Positions 39,031-48,741 of a DNA stretch of 64,000 bases are shown in pieces. Positions within the stretch are counted from its first letter, which is position 1. Every line of letters starts with the position of its first letter. Where the stretch lies: the NCBI GenBank assembly GCA_963676415.1, contig OY781097.1, forward strand, positions 1,282,497 to 1,346,496, written 5' to 3'. Position numbers and translations under genes: made by a program. The notes below the pieces were generated by a model. It had not been told where the DNA came from and did no database searches. It worked only from the letters and a program-made list of their open reading frames with translations. This DNA comes from Bacteroidales bacterium (GTDB taxonomy: Bacteria > Bacteroidota > Bacteroidia > Bacteroidales > WRLA01).

Positions 39031-39860
39031 AACTGATAAATCATCGATAAGCCCATACCGGTGGATGCGGGCACGAAACCTATTTTGCTGTCTTTATTCC
39101 TTTTGATGCGGTGCAGTTCGGGGATCAGGATTCCACAGAGCGCGCCCACTGCTGTTCCGGTGATGATGTCGGTAGGAAAATGCTTGCCTGCCTGATAGCG
39201 GAATATCCCGGTGATGGCCGGAGGCACCAGTGCAGCGGCATAAACCAGCAGTTTTTTACCGTCACTGAATTCGGGATGGTAATCACAAAATACTTTTGCC
39301 GTGAAGAAAGAGCTTGTTGCCGTGGTGGATGTATGTCCGCTGAAAAACGAATCGGTTGTTCCGCCTCCGGTTTTTTTGCCAATGGGCACATCGGGATTAT
39401 AGATATAGGGCCGGATGCGGTTGGTGAAGCGTGGGCCGCCCCAGGTATATAAATTGGCGTTGATGGCATGTGTTTCCAGATAAAGCAGGAGCAAATCGGG
39501 CCAGTCGTGGCGGATTTTTTCATCAAACATGAGCAGGGCTGGCAGCAAAATGGAAATTTGCATCGTCCTGTCACTAATAACTTGGGCGTCACCACTATAC
39601 GGATCGTGATAGGTGGCGCCGCGATCAAAGGCCCAGATGTCCATGCGGTCGAGCCCCATGATTTCTTCTTCGCTTAAAGAAGGTTTTTCGCGCAAAGAAA
39701 TCAACCCCAGAAAATTGGAAATATAGCCCGCAGCTGTTATGGGAATATCCCATTTATAATTCATTTTGTAAACACTGCTGTCTTGTTTTTGTGCTTTCAG
39801 CGATGCGCTCAAAATTAACGCACACAGCAAAAGCATCATTTTGCTTTTTCGTTTGTTCAT
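39027..39860 (-). CDS. PAP2 family phosphatase with signal peptide
   Basis: RIRPY, SFFSGHTS and RYQAGKHFPTD motifs (PAP2 C1-C3). Confidence 0.88.
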   Translation of the reverse strand: MNKRKSKMMLLLCALILSASLKAQKQDSSVYKMNYKWDIPITAAGYISNFLGLISLREKPSLSEEEIMGLDRMDIWAFDRGATYHDPYSGDAQVISDRTMQISILLPALLMFDEKIRHDWPDLLLLYLETHAINANLYTWGGPRFTNRIRPYIYNPDVPIGKKTGGGTTDSFFSGHTSTTATSSFFTAKVFCDYHPEFSDGKKLLVYAAALVPPAITGIFRYQAGKHFPTDIITGTAVGALCGILIPELHRIKRNKDSKIGFVPASTGMGLSMIYQF

Positions 39861-39897
39861 GTTTTACCTGTCCTTTTTTCAGCGGCTCAATGCTGAA

Positions 39898-42800
39898 TTA
39901 ATACTGGAAGCTAAATTTCAGAGAAAATATATCCGCCTCCGAAGAATGTTCATATACTGCGTTTATAGCCAGGAATTTATAGGGTGCTGCCCAAATCCCT
40001 CCGCCATATCCATGATGCCATTGATCCGATTTTTCATCTGCATACCAAACCCTGCCACAATCATAAAATCCTAAAATCCCAACATCTCCGTTGAGCAAAT
40101 AATTGTGCAAACGGAAAATCCGTACGCGTAATTCCGTATTTTGGTACAGAGCTTCATCTCCGGTAAAACGGTTGCCCCTGTACCCGCGCAAATTGGTGTT
40201 TCCGCCCAAAGCAGATGCAAAATAAAAAGGATAGTCTCCAAAAGTTTTGGAATATCCGGCGCGCAAAGCCAAAACCGTTCCCGGATCGCGGTGAAAGCTT
40301 ATATAATAGCGCGCATCGGCCTGCAGGCGACTGAAATAATTGCCTGCCGTAAAATTGCGGAACAGATCATAGTTCAGCTTTGCAAACAATCCCCTTGATG
40401 GCAAAACATCATTATTTCGCTTGTCTATTTTGCCTTCGAGTGCCAAACCAACAAAATGATTTCGTGTGAACCACTGCTTCCAATAAGGTGGGAGCAAATC
40501 GGGGTCCAGAATGCGTTTTTTGTTCTTTTCTACTTCAACCGTAAGGTATTGCGGCCCAAAACTCAAATTGTACTCTTTACCGAAATTTAATCGCAAAGCC
40601 GGACGCACCGAAGCCATTTCATAGCGAACACGATAAAAATCTTTATCCGAACTGTCATTTGTAGTTTCGTTTCCAAAACCATAGAAATTATTCACGTATT
40701 CGGGTACGGATAAATCAGCTTTTATCAGGAAATCCAGTTGCCCGACCTTATTGGAAAAGGCCGCTTTGTAGTGGATGTTATATGCTCCTGTGGCCAAAGC
40801 CGCGCTGGCCGTGATGCTTTGCGCGCTGCTGTCGCGCCAGTTGAAATTGCGGAAAAGCGCACCGCCTCCGATAAAAACCCCATCATCAGGATTATAACCA
40901 CCATTGACCAAAGGCATAACCACATCGTACTCATACAACAGCCGGTCGTATTTATTAATGCCTTTTCGATTGCTCAGGCGGTCAGAAGTTTCCCTTCCTG
41001 CATGTAAAAGCGTGTTTTTCTTTTTGTCGTAAACACGCGTTTTGCGGCATAAACCGCCAACATGGCTTGAATCTGTGATCACATCATCTCCTTTGCCTCC
41101 AATAATACGCACCAGTGGGCTTTTCTTCACATTTCCGCGCACAATAAATTCATCGTCTCCTTTGCGTCCGTAGAGGTTGATTTCTTTGGTTGTTTTATTT
41201 TCAAAAGTGCGGTCGTAGAGCGTATTCTTTTTCCTTCCTTTTTTATCGCTGAGCGCGATGACCTCAACCCGTGTGCTGTCGTCACTGATGCGGTCCACGA
41301 TAAAAAGCTCGCGCCTTTTGGTTCCGGGAATATCCACTTCGCGGGAGAGGAATTCGTAATACTCTTCAAAATATTCGGGGAGATGCTCGCGGCGGGCTTT
41401 CATCTTTGTGATTAATTCTTCACCTCTCGATGCATCAATGGATGCCGGCAGTGAATTTTTCACTGAATTTTCAATCAGGCTGTCGGTAAGGCAGGCGATA
41501 AATTCCCTGGCTGTTTTTTCCCAAAGGTTTCGGTCGGCTTCATTCAGGAAGCTACGGTCGAAATGACGTGCATTGTATTCCAGCCCGGCAATATCGCGGA
41601 TTGTAGCATCAAATCCCTGGAATTTCGGCAGCATCCATTTGCGTGACGCGACCCACAGCAAGGGCCCCTGTCCTTTAAAAAATGCGTTGTCGCGATCGCG
41701 TGGCACCGGTTTGTAGGTGGTGAAACCATCCCCTTCAAAAACCGACCAGCGCCATTGGTCGTCGTGCCGGTCCCAGTCGCCTATAAAAATATCGAGCATA
41801 CGCGAGCGCAGCACCTGTTGCTGATCAATGCGGCTTTTGTGTTTTTCGCTGGTTTTTTTCAAAACTTTTGAAGTGCTTTCCATGTCCTCGGGACGGCCAA
41901 AACCTGCTACATCTGTCCTGTTGCCTGCCGGACGTTCTTCAAAAAGGAAGAGTTTGTTTTTCATTTCATTGCGGTAAATGCCCAAAGCAGGATCATCGGG
42001 CATATACACATAGCGCGGATTGGTATGATAAACGCCCGTGGCTTCTGCCAATGGCGGCACAACCAGAGCGCCGTAAGGGAAGGAAGCGGAAATCATGTCC
42101 TGAAGGACATCCTGAGCTACAGTTCCTGCAAATTCTTCGGTCATTACTTTGTCCACCGATTTATCTACCGAGCGCAAAACATATTGCCGTCCGTCCGGAG
42201 CCTGCAAGCGGTAGGAGCTGGTCTGGAAACCGCCGCCTCTCTGAAGGATCACCAGGCCGTCTTTTTCTTTCAGGATGTCGAAATACGCGAATGTGTCGGG
42301 CAAAGCCCATTCTTTGCGGTAATTGTCGCCCAGCCAGAAACGGTGCCATCCACCGGCTTCATATTCTTTTCCCGCCGGGCAAACAGCGGTGCTGTCGGTA
42401 TAATCGTAATTGCGGTGCGTATCCGGAAGGGCTTGAAAATCAGGTGCAGGAATAAGGAGGGTTTCTTTTTGATTGTCTGGATTTTCTGTTTTGATAATCA
42501 AATTGATGCTGCCATTTTTTTGAATATCGAGCAGGACAAAACCGGCATCCGGACTGGAAAAGCGTTTTTCTTTATCCACAGAAGCATTTATTGCCGGAGC
42601 ACCGTTTAGGCTTCCGCTTTGCACCTGAGCGAGATTCCTTGTATCAAATTCCAGCATATGGTCGTGCCCGGAAATATAAGCGGTTTGTTTGCTTTTTGAG
42701 AGGAAATCCATGAAACGTTTGCGGAAATCACGGTATTCGGGATGCGCCAAATCCTGCGGTTCGCCTAAGCTTGCGCGATAACCGGTGTACAAAAATCCCG

Positions 42801-43530
42801 GCAGGGGGACCCAAAGGGATTTATTGGCCAGCCGCAAGGGGAACAGTTGTGCATAAAGCGGAAAACCACCGCCATGAATGCCCCGGCTTTGCAGTGGGTG
42901 ATGCCCGAAAATCAGCACATTGCGGTGCGGATTGCGGGCAATGATATCGTGCAGGGCAGAGAGGATGTTGTTTTCCACTTCATTGGGCGCCCCGGTTTCC
43001 GATTTGATGTAGGGACATTCGTTGGAAACATCCGTTTTTCGTTCGCCATGCAGCCACCACTGAGTATCCAGAAAAACGAGCATGGTATTAGTGCCAAAAG
43101 GGATTTCATAAGGCCCCGGACAAGATCCTTCGGGCACAATGCGGGCTTCGGGGAAGTGTTCGGCAAGAAGCCCGGAAAATTCGTCCAGATTGTCAAAACC
43201 ATTGTGATGGCCTTTGAGCCAGTTCATTTCATCGGGTAAAATCAAGACCTCACCGGCAAAATTTTGAGCAATTTCTTTTAATTCTCTGATCCGTAGAAGC
43301 GATTTTTCATAGCAGGATGTTTTGTCTTCATCATAAGCGCAGGCAGGGAGAAAATCGCCGGTAATGACCCATGCGGAAGTTTCAGGCATAGAAGAAAGTT
43401 GTTTTTTCAGCTTATACACCATGCTTTTGTTGTCGAAATCACCATCGCTGACCAATATCTGCCGCGAACCCTGTGCCATCAAAAGGCACGGAAATATGAT
43501 TAGTGCAAGAAAGATTAAAATCCGCTTCAT
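39898..43530 (-). CDS. Metallophosphoesterase-like, kinase-like and Omp85/BamA beta-barrel fusion
   Basis: Signal peptide; TGD, LDTQWW, GHHP and SGHDH; central GGGFQT...DWDRHDDQW...RDRD; C-terminal LRGY loop-6 motif and terminal FSFQY. Confidence 0.85.
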   Translation of the reverse strand: MKRILIFLALIIFPCLLMAQGSRQILVSDGDFDNKSMVYKLKKQLSSMPETSAWVITGDFLPACAYDEDKTSCYEKSLLRIRELKEIAQNFAGEVLILPDEMNWLKGHHNGFDNLDEFSGLLAEHFPEARIVPEGSCPGPYEIPFGTNTMLVFLDTQWWLHGERKTDVSNECPYIKSETGAPNEVENNILSALHDIIARNPHRNVLIFGHHPLQSRGIHGGGFPLYAQLFPLRLANKSLWVPLPGFLYTGYRASLGEPQDLAHPEYRDFRKRFMDFLSKSKQTAYISGHDHMLEFDTRNLAQVQSGSLNGAPAINASVDKEKRFSSPDAGFVLLDIQKNGSINLIIKTENPDNQKETLLIPAPDFQALPDTHRNYDYTDSTAVCPAGKEYEAGGWHRFWLGDNYRKEWALPDTFAYFDILKEKDGLVILQRGGGFQTSSYRLQAPDGRQYVLRSVDKSVDKVMTEEFAGTVAQDVLQDMISASFPYGALVVPPLAEATGVYHTNPRYVYMPDDPALGIYRNEMKNKLFLFEERPAGNRTDVAGFGRPEDMESTSKVLKKTSEKHKSRIDQQQVLRSRMLDIFIGDWDRHDDQWRWSVFEGDGFTTYKPVPRDRDNAFFKGQGPLLWVASRKWMLPKFQGFDATIRDIAGLEYNARHFDRSFLNEADRNLWEKTAREFIACLTDSLIENSVKNSLPASIDASRGEELITKMKARREHLPEYFEEYYEFLSREVDIPGTKRRELFIVDRISDDSTRVEVIALSDKKGRKKNTLYDRTFENKTTKEINLYGRKGDDEFIVRGNVKKSPLVRIIGGKGDDVITDSSHVGGLCRKTRVYDKKKNTLLHAGRETSDRLSNRKGINKYDRLLYEYDVVMPLVNGGYNPDDGVFIGGGALFRNFNWRDSSAQSITASAALATGAYNIHYKAAFSNKVGQLDFLIKADLSVPEYVNNFYGFGNETTNDSSDKDFYRVRYEMASVRPALRLNFGKEYNLSFGPQYLTVEVEKNKKRILDPDLLPPYWKQWFTRNHFVGLALEGKIDKRNNDVLPSRGLFAKLNYDLFRNFTAGNYFSRLQADARYYISFHRDPGTVLALRAGYSKTFGDYPFYFASALGGNTNLRGYRGNRFTGDEALYQNTELRVRIFRLHNYLLNGDVGILGFYDCGRVWYADEKSDQWHHGYGGGIWAAPYKFLAINAVYEHSSEADIFSLKFSFQY

Positions 43531-43552
43531 CTGTATTTTCTTTGATAGGATG

Positions 43553-44497
43553 CTAATCACTTAGATAATTAAAAATCAATATACTGGCAACGCGACTATT
43601 GGCCTCATTGGAAATATACAATTTGCCTTCACGGTCAAAACAGATGCCTTCGGCCTGCTGGAAACTGTCTTTTGATAGTTTTACGAACTTTTTGATCCTG
43701 CCTACACGGTCTATGATCAGGATTCCGTAGCTGTTGGCAGAAAGCAAGTAAATATCCTGTGTAAAAGGATGAACGGCAATACCGGAGGGTTGAAAACGTA
43801 TATCGCCCGATTCATGCAGAAAGGAGGCAATTTGAACGGAAATCCGGTCGAAAAAACTCTCATTTTCTTCATTTTGCACTGAATCGAGATGGATTTTCAT
43901 AAAGGGTTCTTTGATCAGCTTTTCTTTTACGAGGTCATAACGGTACACCGAACGGACATCGGCCCCCTCATCTCCGGGTTCCAGCCCGCCATAGGCTTTG
44001 CAGGCTATTAAAAGGCTGTGCGTTAATGGATCGTAGCATAAACCTTCTGTATCATTATATGAACTCAGCTTTGTTTTATGCTTTTTGGAGTCCACATCCT
44101 CCTTTTTGTCTTTTTTCTTTTTTTTCAGTTCATCAATTTCAAATATAGTTCCATCGCTGCGCAGGACAAAGAAATGACCGCCGGCTATTGTTATGTCCTC
44201 ATAATCGTCATTTTTACCAAAATCATATTTTGTTTTGATTTCACCGTGCATATTCAGTTTGTAGATATGGGCTTTTTCATCCTGAATGGCGTAAATATGA
44301 TCGTCATGCACTGCGATACCGCTGATTTCTTCCAGTTCATCATCGAGCAAAATAATATTGGCAGGATTGGAAATATCGTATGGAAAGAGGAGGGAATTTT
44401 GCGCATTGATTTGGCTGAAAACAAAGCACATAAAGAGCAACAGCAGGGGGAGAAAAAATTTATTCAGGCGGAAAAAAAGTTTCATATCAGGCGCCAT
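43553..44497 (-). CDS. SdiA-regulated (YjiK-like) beta-propeller protein
   Basis: LEEISGI, IQDEKA, DYEDI, DTEGLCYD, FQPSGIAVHP and QAEGICFD...YISNE motifs; signal peptide. Confidence 0.8.
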   Translation of the reverse strand: MAPDMKLFFRLNKFFLPLLLLFMCFVFSQINAQNSLLFPYDISNPANIILLDDELEEISGIAVHDDHIYAIQDEKAHIYKLNMHGEIKTKYDFGKNDDYEDITIAGGHFFVLRSDGTIFEIDELKKKKKDKKEDVDSKKHKTKLSSYNDTEGLCYDPLTHSLLIACKAYGGLEPGDEGADVRSVYRYDLVKEKLIKEPFMKIHLDSVQNEENESFFDRISVQIASFLHESGDIRFQPSGIAVHPFTQDIYLLSANSYGILIIDRVGRIKKFVKLSKDSFQQAEGICFDREGKLYISNEANSRVASILIFNYLSD

Positions 44498-45629
44498 TTT
44501 GCTTTAAAGATATATTTTTTTTTGGGCTTAATGCGGCTAAAGCCTGGCTGCCCGGAATGCCCCGGAGCTTTATATTGCCCTGAGGATGAACATCGAATTC
44601 TTTCAGCGGGTGTTTTTCGGTGAGCTTGAGGGTGGTCATTAAAGGAAATCCAAGATGTTTGGCTTCCTCCATCATCCGTGATGTAAGGTTGAGTACCTGC
44701 CCGTGGTATGCAATTTCAATTTTTACTTCCCCACCCACTTCGGCCACAGTAACATAGCCCTGACCCACTGCGCCCGTAAAGGAAGGTTCAATACCGTATT
44801 TCGCCCAAAATTGCCCGTAACCGCCAGAGAGGGATTCGCTGAAATCAAAAAACAAACGTACGGCATCTTTATAAGCTTCTTTTCGCTTTTTCCTTATACG
44901 CCAAGTGATTACAACTTCATCGCCAACAAACTGGTATATTTCTCCATCATATTTTTCAACAAAACCGGCCAGCATTTTATAGCATTCCTGAATCATTTTG
45001 CTGTAGCGCACATGTCCCAGCTTGGCATTGGTCAGTGTACTGTTGTCCAGATCCATAAACAGGAATACACGTTCTTCTTCTCTTGGCCTGTAATAGCGTC
45101 CGGTAAGCATGGCAAAAAACTGTGCATGGCCGAATTTCCGGCTCATCAGGCGCAGAAAGTTGCCCGAAAGCGTGATGATCAAACCCCAAAGGAAAAAATA
45201 GTAGAAAAGGGATGAATGGATGTATTCGGCAATTTGTTGCGGATATTCCGATATTGGAACTTCATCATGAAAAATAAGCACATAAAAAAAGAGCGCCATA
45301 ATAGAGACAAAAAACATCGTGGCTACAAAAACCAGTGTTTTGATAAAAAGCACACGGCGCAGGCTTTTGTTGCGGAACCAGCGCGGAAAAAGATAAAGCT
45401 CAACCATACCAACAAGTACGCCAATGATCAGCCCCGCGATGGTGGCAAAATACATATTGTCGCGCAGCAATACCATGGCCTTGTCTTCAAAAAAGGATTT
45501 TGATTCTTCATGCAGGCTCAGATAGCGTAGAAAAATAATAATACGCAGGGAGAAAACCCACCATAAAATCAGGAAAATATATTCCCTTAGGCGTATTTTA
45601 TTTGATATGTTATGTTTACACTTTCGCAT
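44487..45629 (-). CDS. Membrane-anchored class III adenylate/guanylate cyclase-family protein
   Basis: 4 N-terminal TM segments; FLFMDLDNST, YQFVGDE and IAYHGQVLNLTSR motifs. Confidence 0.9.
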   Translation of the reverse strand: MRKCKHNISNKIRLREYIFLILWWVFSLRIIIFLRYLSLHEESKSFFEDKAMVLLRDNMYFATIAGLIIGVLVGMVELYLFPRWFRNKSLRRVLFIKTLVFVATMFFVSIMALFFYVLIFHDEVPISEYPQQIAEYIHSSLFYYFFLWGLIITLSGNFLRLMSRKFGHAQFFAMLTGRYYRPREEERVFLFMDLDNSTLTNAKLGHVRYSKMIQECYKMLAGFVEKYDGEIYQFVGDEVVITWRIRKKRKEAYKDAVRLFFDFSESLSGGYGQFWAKYGIEPSFTGAVGQGYVTVAEVGGEVKIEIAYHGQVLNLTSRMMEEAKHLGFPLMTTLKLTEKHPLKEFDVHPQGNIKLRGIPGSQALAALSPKKNISLKQNGA

Positions 45630-45650
45630 TGCAGCTTCCAGGCTTTAGGA

Positions 45651-45658
45651 CAAAGATA
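45651..45658 (-). promoter_or_regulatory. Bacteroidota -7 promoter box for the cyclase operon
   Basis: TATCTTTG on the minus strand, 21 nt upstream of the cyclase ATG. Confidence 0.55.
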
Positions 45659-45831
45659 CAAAATGAGCTTTGCCCTGTATTAAGAATTATGTCCGTAATC
45701 CGTTTCAGGCGTTCTGTATCATCGGATTGCACACGCAAAATTCATAATATGAATTAGTTAAAGCATAAGGATTTCAGCGTATAAGCTTTGTGAAAATTTG
45801 AGAAAGGGCTAATCTATTTAAACGGGTTTGA

Positions 45832-46299
45832 TCAATCTACATTGATGTCCGCAATAAATTCTTTATAATCGATAAAAACTTCTTCGAAAACAATCATAGA
45901 TTTATAGAGGAAACGGTAAATAGGATACCAGTCGTCGCGGCGGTAAATATTAACGTTTTCGAGATGGCAGAAAATGCGCGAAAACTCTTTGGTAAACTCA
46001 TCGGAATGCACTAAATCCCAATGGATGGGAAAAGGGCATTTCTCGGAGATGATGGTTTTCAGGCTTTCAAATTTTTCATAGTACTCCATGCGTTTTTGCT
46101 CATTGGAGGTTTTGATGTCGATGGAGCTGAGGGCATAATCGCGGTCCACCTCAAATTTGAGGTTTACGGGTTTTATGCCGGTCCTGTCGAGCATCCATTT
46201 CTTCGGAAAACCGAGCTTCCGCCTGCGGCTGCCCGAATATCGTTTGAAACCGTCCCAGAATTCTTCCCTTATTTGTTTTGCTTCCTCTTTGCTGTACAT
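45832..46299 (-). CDS. DUF4268-like protein
   Basis: MYSKEEAKQIREEFW, KWMLDRTGIK and NVNIYRRDDW pattern. Confidence 0.7.
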   Translation of the reverse strand: MYSKEEAKQIREEFWDGFKRYSGSRRRKLGFPKKWMLDRTGIKPVNLKFEVDRDYALSSIDIKTSNEQKRMEYYEKFESLKTIISEKCPFPIHWDLVHSDEFTKEFSRIFCHLENVNIYRRDDWYPIYRFLYKSMIVFEEVFIDYKEFIADINVD

Positions 46300-46568
46300 G
46301 ATGATGTTTTGCGGCAAAAATACATAATTAGTTTTTGTCCATAATGTCTCCCGAAGCTAAGGCTTTTGTTTTGCGCGATGATATTGAGTTTGGGTACAAA
46401 AACACCATACCTCTCTGGCTGTTTGGCTTTACTTATTAATGGGTTATTGTGATGATCGCCTTGCCAAACGAAAAGCATTATTGCTGACAAATAACACATT
46501 TGCGGTTTTCAAAAACCAAATGGCAAACTTTTTGTTCTGCTATTTTAAGGATTAAAATCAATGAAATT

Positions 46569-47249
46569 ATGGCAGGAATCTGGATAATATTTTTCATCTT
46601 TATGGGCATCAGCTGGCTGGTGAGTCAGCGTTTAAAGTCCAAATTCAACACATATTCAAAAGTACCGCTCAGCAATGGAATGACAGGGCGCGATGTTGCG
46701 CAGAAAATGCTGCGTGACAACGGCATTTATGATGTGCGGGTTGTCAGTGTTCCGGGAGAACTCACGGATCATTACAATCCGCAAAAGAAAACGGTGAACC
46801 TGAGCCAGTCGGTTTACGGCTCGAATTCTGTGGCTGCGGCAGCTGTGGCTGCGCACGAATGCGGCCACGCAGTGCAGCATGCACGGGCATATAGCTGGCT
46901 CGAAATGCGTTCCGCATTGGTCCCGATTGTGAGTTTTGCTTCGCAATGGGTGCAATGGGTTTTGCTTGCCGGTGTTCTTTTGGTACATGCTTTTCCTCAG
47001 CTTCTGCTGATCGGAATTGTACTTTTTGCCATCACAACTTTATTTAGTTTTATCACATTACCAGTTGAGATCGATGCCAGCCGTAGAGCCTTGCAATGGC
47101 TCAATGGCAGTGGGATTACATCTTACGGAACACACGAAAAAGCCGAAGATGCCCTGAGATGGGCTGCCTACACCTATGTTGTGGCTGCTTTGGGTTCCCT
47201 GGCAACTTTGCTCTATTATATCATGATTTTCATGGGGCGAAGGGATTAG
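46569..47249 (+). CDS. YugP-like zinc metallopeptidase
   Basis: LTDHYNP, AAHECGHA (HExxH), TLPVEIDASRRA and AAYTYV motifs. Confidence 0.92.
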   Translation: MAGIWIIFFIFMGISWLVSQRLKSKFNTYSKVPLSNGMTGRDVAQKMLRDNGIYDVRVVSVPGELTDHYNPQKKTVNLSQSVYGSNSVAAAAVAAHECGHAVQHARAYSWLEMRSALVPIVSFASQWVQWVLLAGVLLVHAFPQLLLIGIVLFAITTLFSFITLPVEIDASRRALQWLNGSGITSYGTHEKAEDALRWAAYTYVVAALGSLATLLYYIMIFMGRRD

Positions 47250-47253
47250 ATGA

Positions 47254-47288
47254 AAAAGGCGGACAGTTTGTCGCTTGCTCCGTCTTTT
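47254..47288 (+). terminator. Intrinsic terminator
   Basis: AAAAGGCGGA/TCCGTCTTTT stem just after the stop codon. Confidence 0.5.
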
Positions 47289-47396
47289 CTGCAGATATCC
47301 CCAAAACAGAAAGAATAAGCGTTAATTTTTAATGAATTATGAAATCATTTGAAGCAAAATTGTATTTTTGCTTCGTGAAATTTAATTAAAAGTCAT

Positions 47397-48740
47397 TTGG
47401 AAACCCCTGACCCTGACCCTCATCAACAGATCGCTTCATTTGTTTTTACGGCGATTTTTCAATCTGCCGAACCCGATGAAATCATCGGAATACTTGTAAT
47501 GGCATTATTGCTTTTTTTGTCTGCCTTGGTTTCAGGCAGCGAAATCGCTTATTTTTCCTTAAGCCCTGTAAAACTGGATCAGTTACGGAAAGACAATAAT
47601 TCTGTAAGCAAGCTGATTTTAAAACATCTCGACAATCCCAGGATGTTACTGGCTACGATATTGATTTCCAATAATTTTATCAATGTGGGAATTGTGATCC
47701 TTTCCACTTATGTGATGTCGGGTTTGTTTGATTTCGGAGGTTCGCCGCTAATGGGATTTGTAGTGCAGGTAATTTTAGTCACTGCTTTGATTTTGTTTTT
47801 GGGCGAAATCCTGCCAAAGACCTACGCCACGCAGCGCCCGCTTCGTTTTGCATCCTTTATGGCGCGGCCTTTACAGATTTTGCAAAAGATATTTTATCCC
47901 TTCAGCCTGGTTCTGATGAATGCCACCCACATCATCGATAAGAAAGTATCCAAAAAAGGGCATAACATCAGTATGGACGAGCTTTCGGATGCTATTGACA
48001 TCACCGGAACGGGCGAAGAACAACCGGGCGAAAAGCAAATGCTCAAAGGCATTGTGAAATTTGGTGATATTGAAGTGCGCGATGTGATGCGTGCCCGCGT
48101 GGATGTGGTTGCCGCTGATTTCAAACTGCCTTACGATCAGCTGATTTCCCTGATTTTGGATTCAGGATTTTCGCGAATTCCGGTTTATGAAGATAATCCG
48201 GACAATATAAAAGGGATACTCTACATTAAGGATTTGTTGCCTTACCTTAAGGAAGCCCGCGGTTTTGAATGGAACAAAAAGCTGCGTCCGGTATTTTATG
48301 TACCGGAAAATAAAAAAATCAACGATCTGCTCAAGGAATTTCAAGAAAAGAAAACCCATCTCGCCATGGTCGTGGATGAATACGGCGGCACTTCGGGTAT
48401 CATTACTTTGGAAGATATTATCGAAGAAATCGTTGGGGAAATAACCGATGAATTTGACGACAGCTCGGATGAGGCTAATTATGAGCAGCTCGACAAAAAC
48501 AACTGGATTTTTGATGCCAAAACATCCATCAATGATTTTTGCAAAATTACCGATGTGGACGACCGTGTTTTTTCCGAAGTAAAAGGCGATGCCGATTCCC
48601 TTGCCGGTTTGGTATTGGAAATTACCGGCGACCTTCCCGATATCAAGGAGCATATAAGATTCCGGAATTTTGATTTTGAAATACAGGCAGTTGATGAAAG
48701 GCGCATCAAAAGCATTAAAGTAAAAATTGAGGAAACATAA
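47397..48740 (+). CDS. gldE: Gliding motility-associated CNNM/CBS protein GldE
   Basis: SGSEIAYFSL, GEILPK, CBS pair with VVDEYGGTSGIITLEDIIEEIVG and CorC domain; directly upstream of gldD. Confidence 0.85.
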   Translation: METPDPDPHQQIASFVFTAIFQSAEPDEIIGILVMALLLFLSALVSGSEIAYFSLSPVKLDQLRKDNNSVSKLILKHLDNPRMLLATILISNNFINVGIVILSTYVMSGLFDFGGSPLMGFVVQVILVTALILFLGEILPKTYATQRPLRFASFMARPLQILQKIFYPFSLVLMNATHIIDKKVSKKGHNISMDELSDAIDITGTGEEQPGEKQMLKGIVKFGDIEVRDVMRARVDVVAADFKLPYDQLISLILDSGFSRIPVYEDNPDNIKGILYIKDLLPYLKEARGFEWNKKLRPVFYVPENKKINDLLKEFQEKKTHLAMVVDEYGGTSGIITLEDIIEEIVGEITDEFDDSSDEANYEQLDKNNWIFDAKTSINDFCKITDVDDRVFSEVKGDADSLAGLVLEITGDLPDIKEHIRFRNFDFEIQAVDERRIKSIKVKIEET

Positions 48741-48741
48741 A

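Noticed and set aside
37828-45629. Canonical two-gene Pycsar defence system
   Set aside because: Cyclase and effector are ~5.5 kb apart on opposite strands, the cyclase is membrane-anchored and the effector has an HD-like fusion. Reported as a variant candidate instead.
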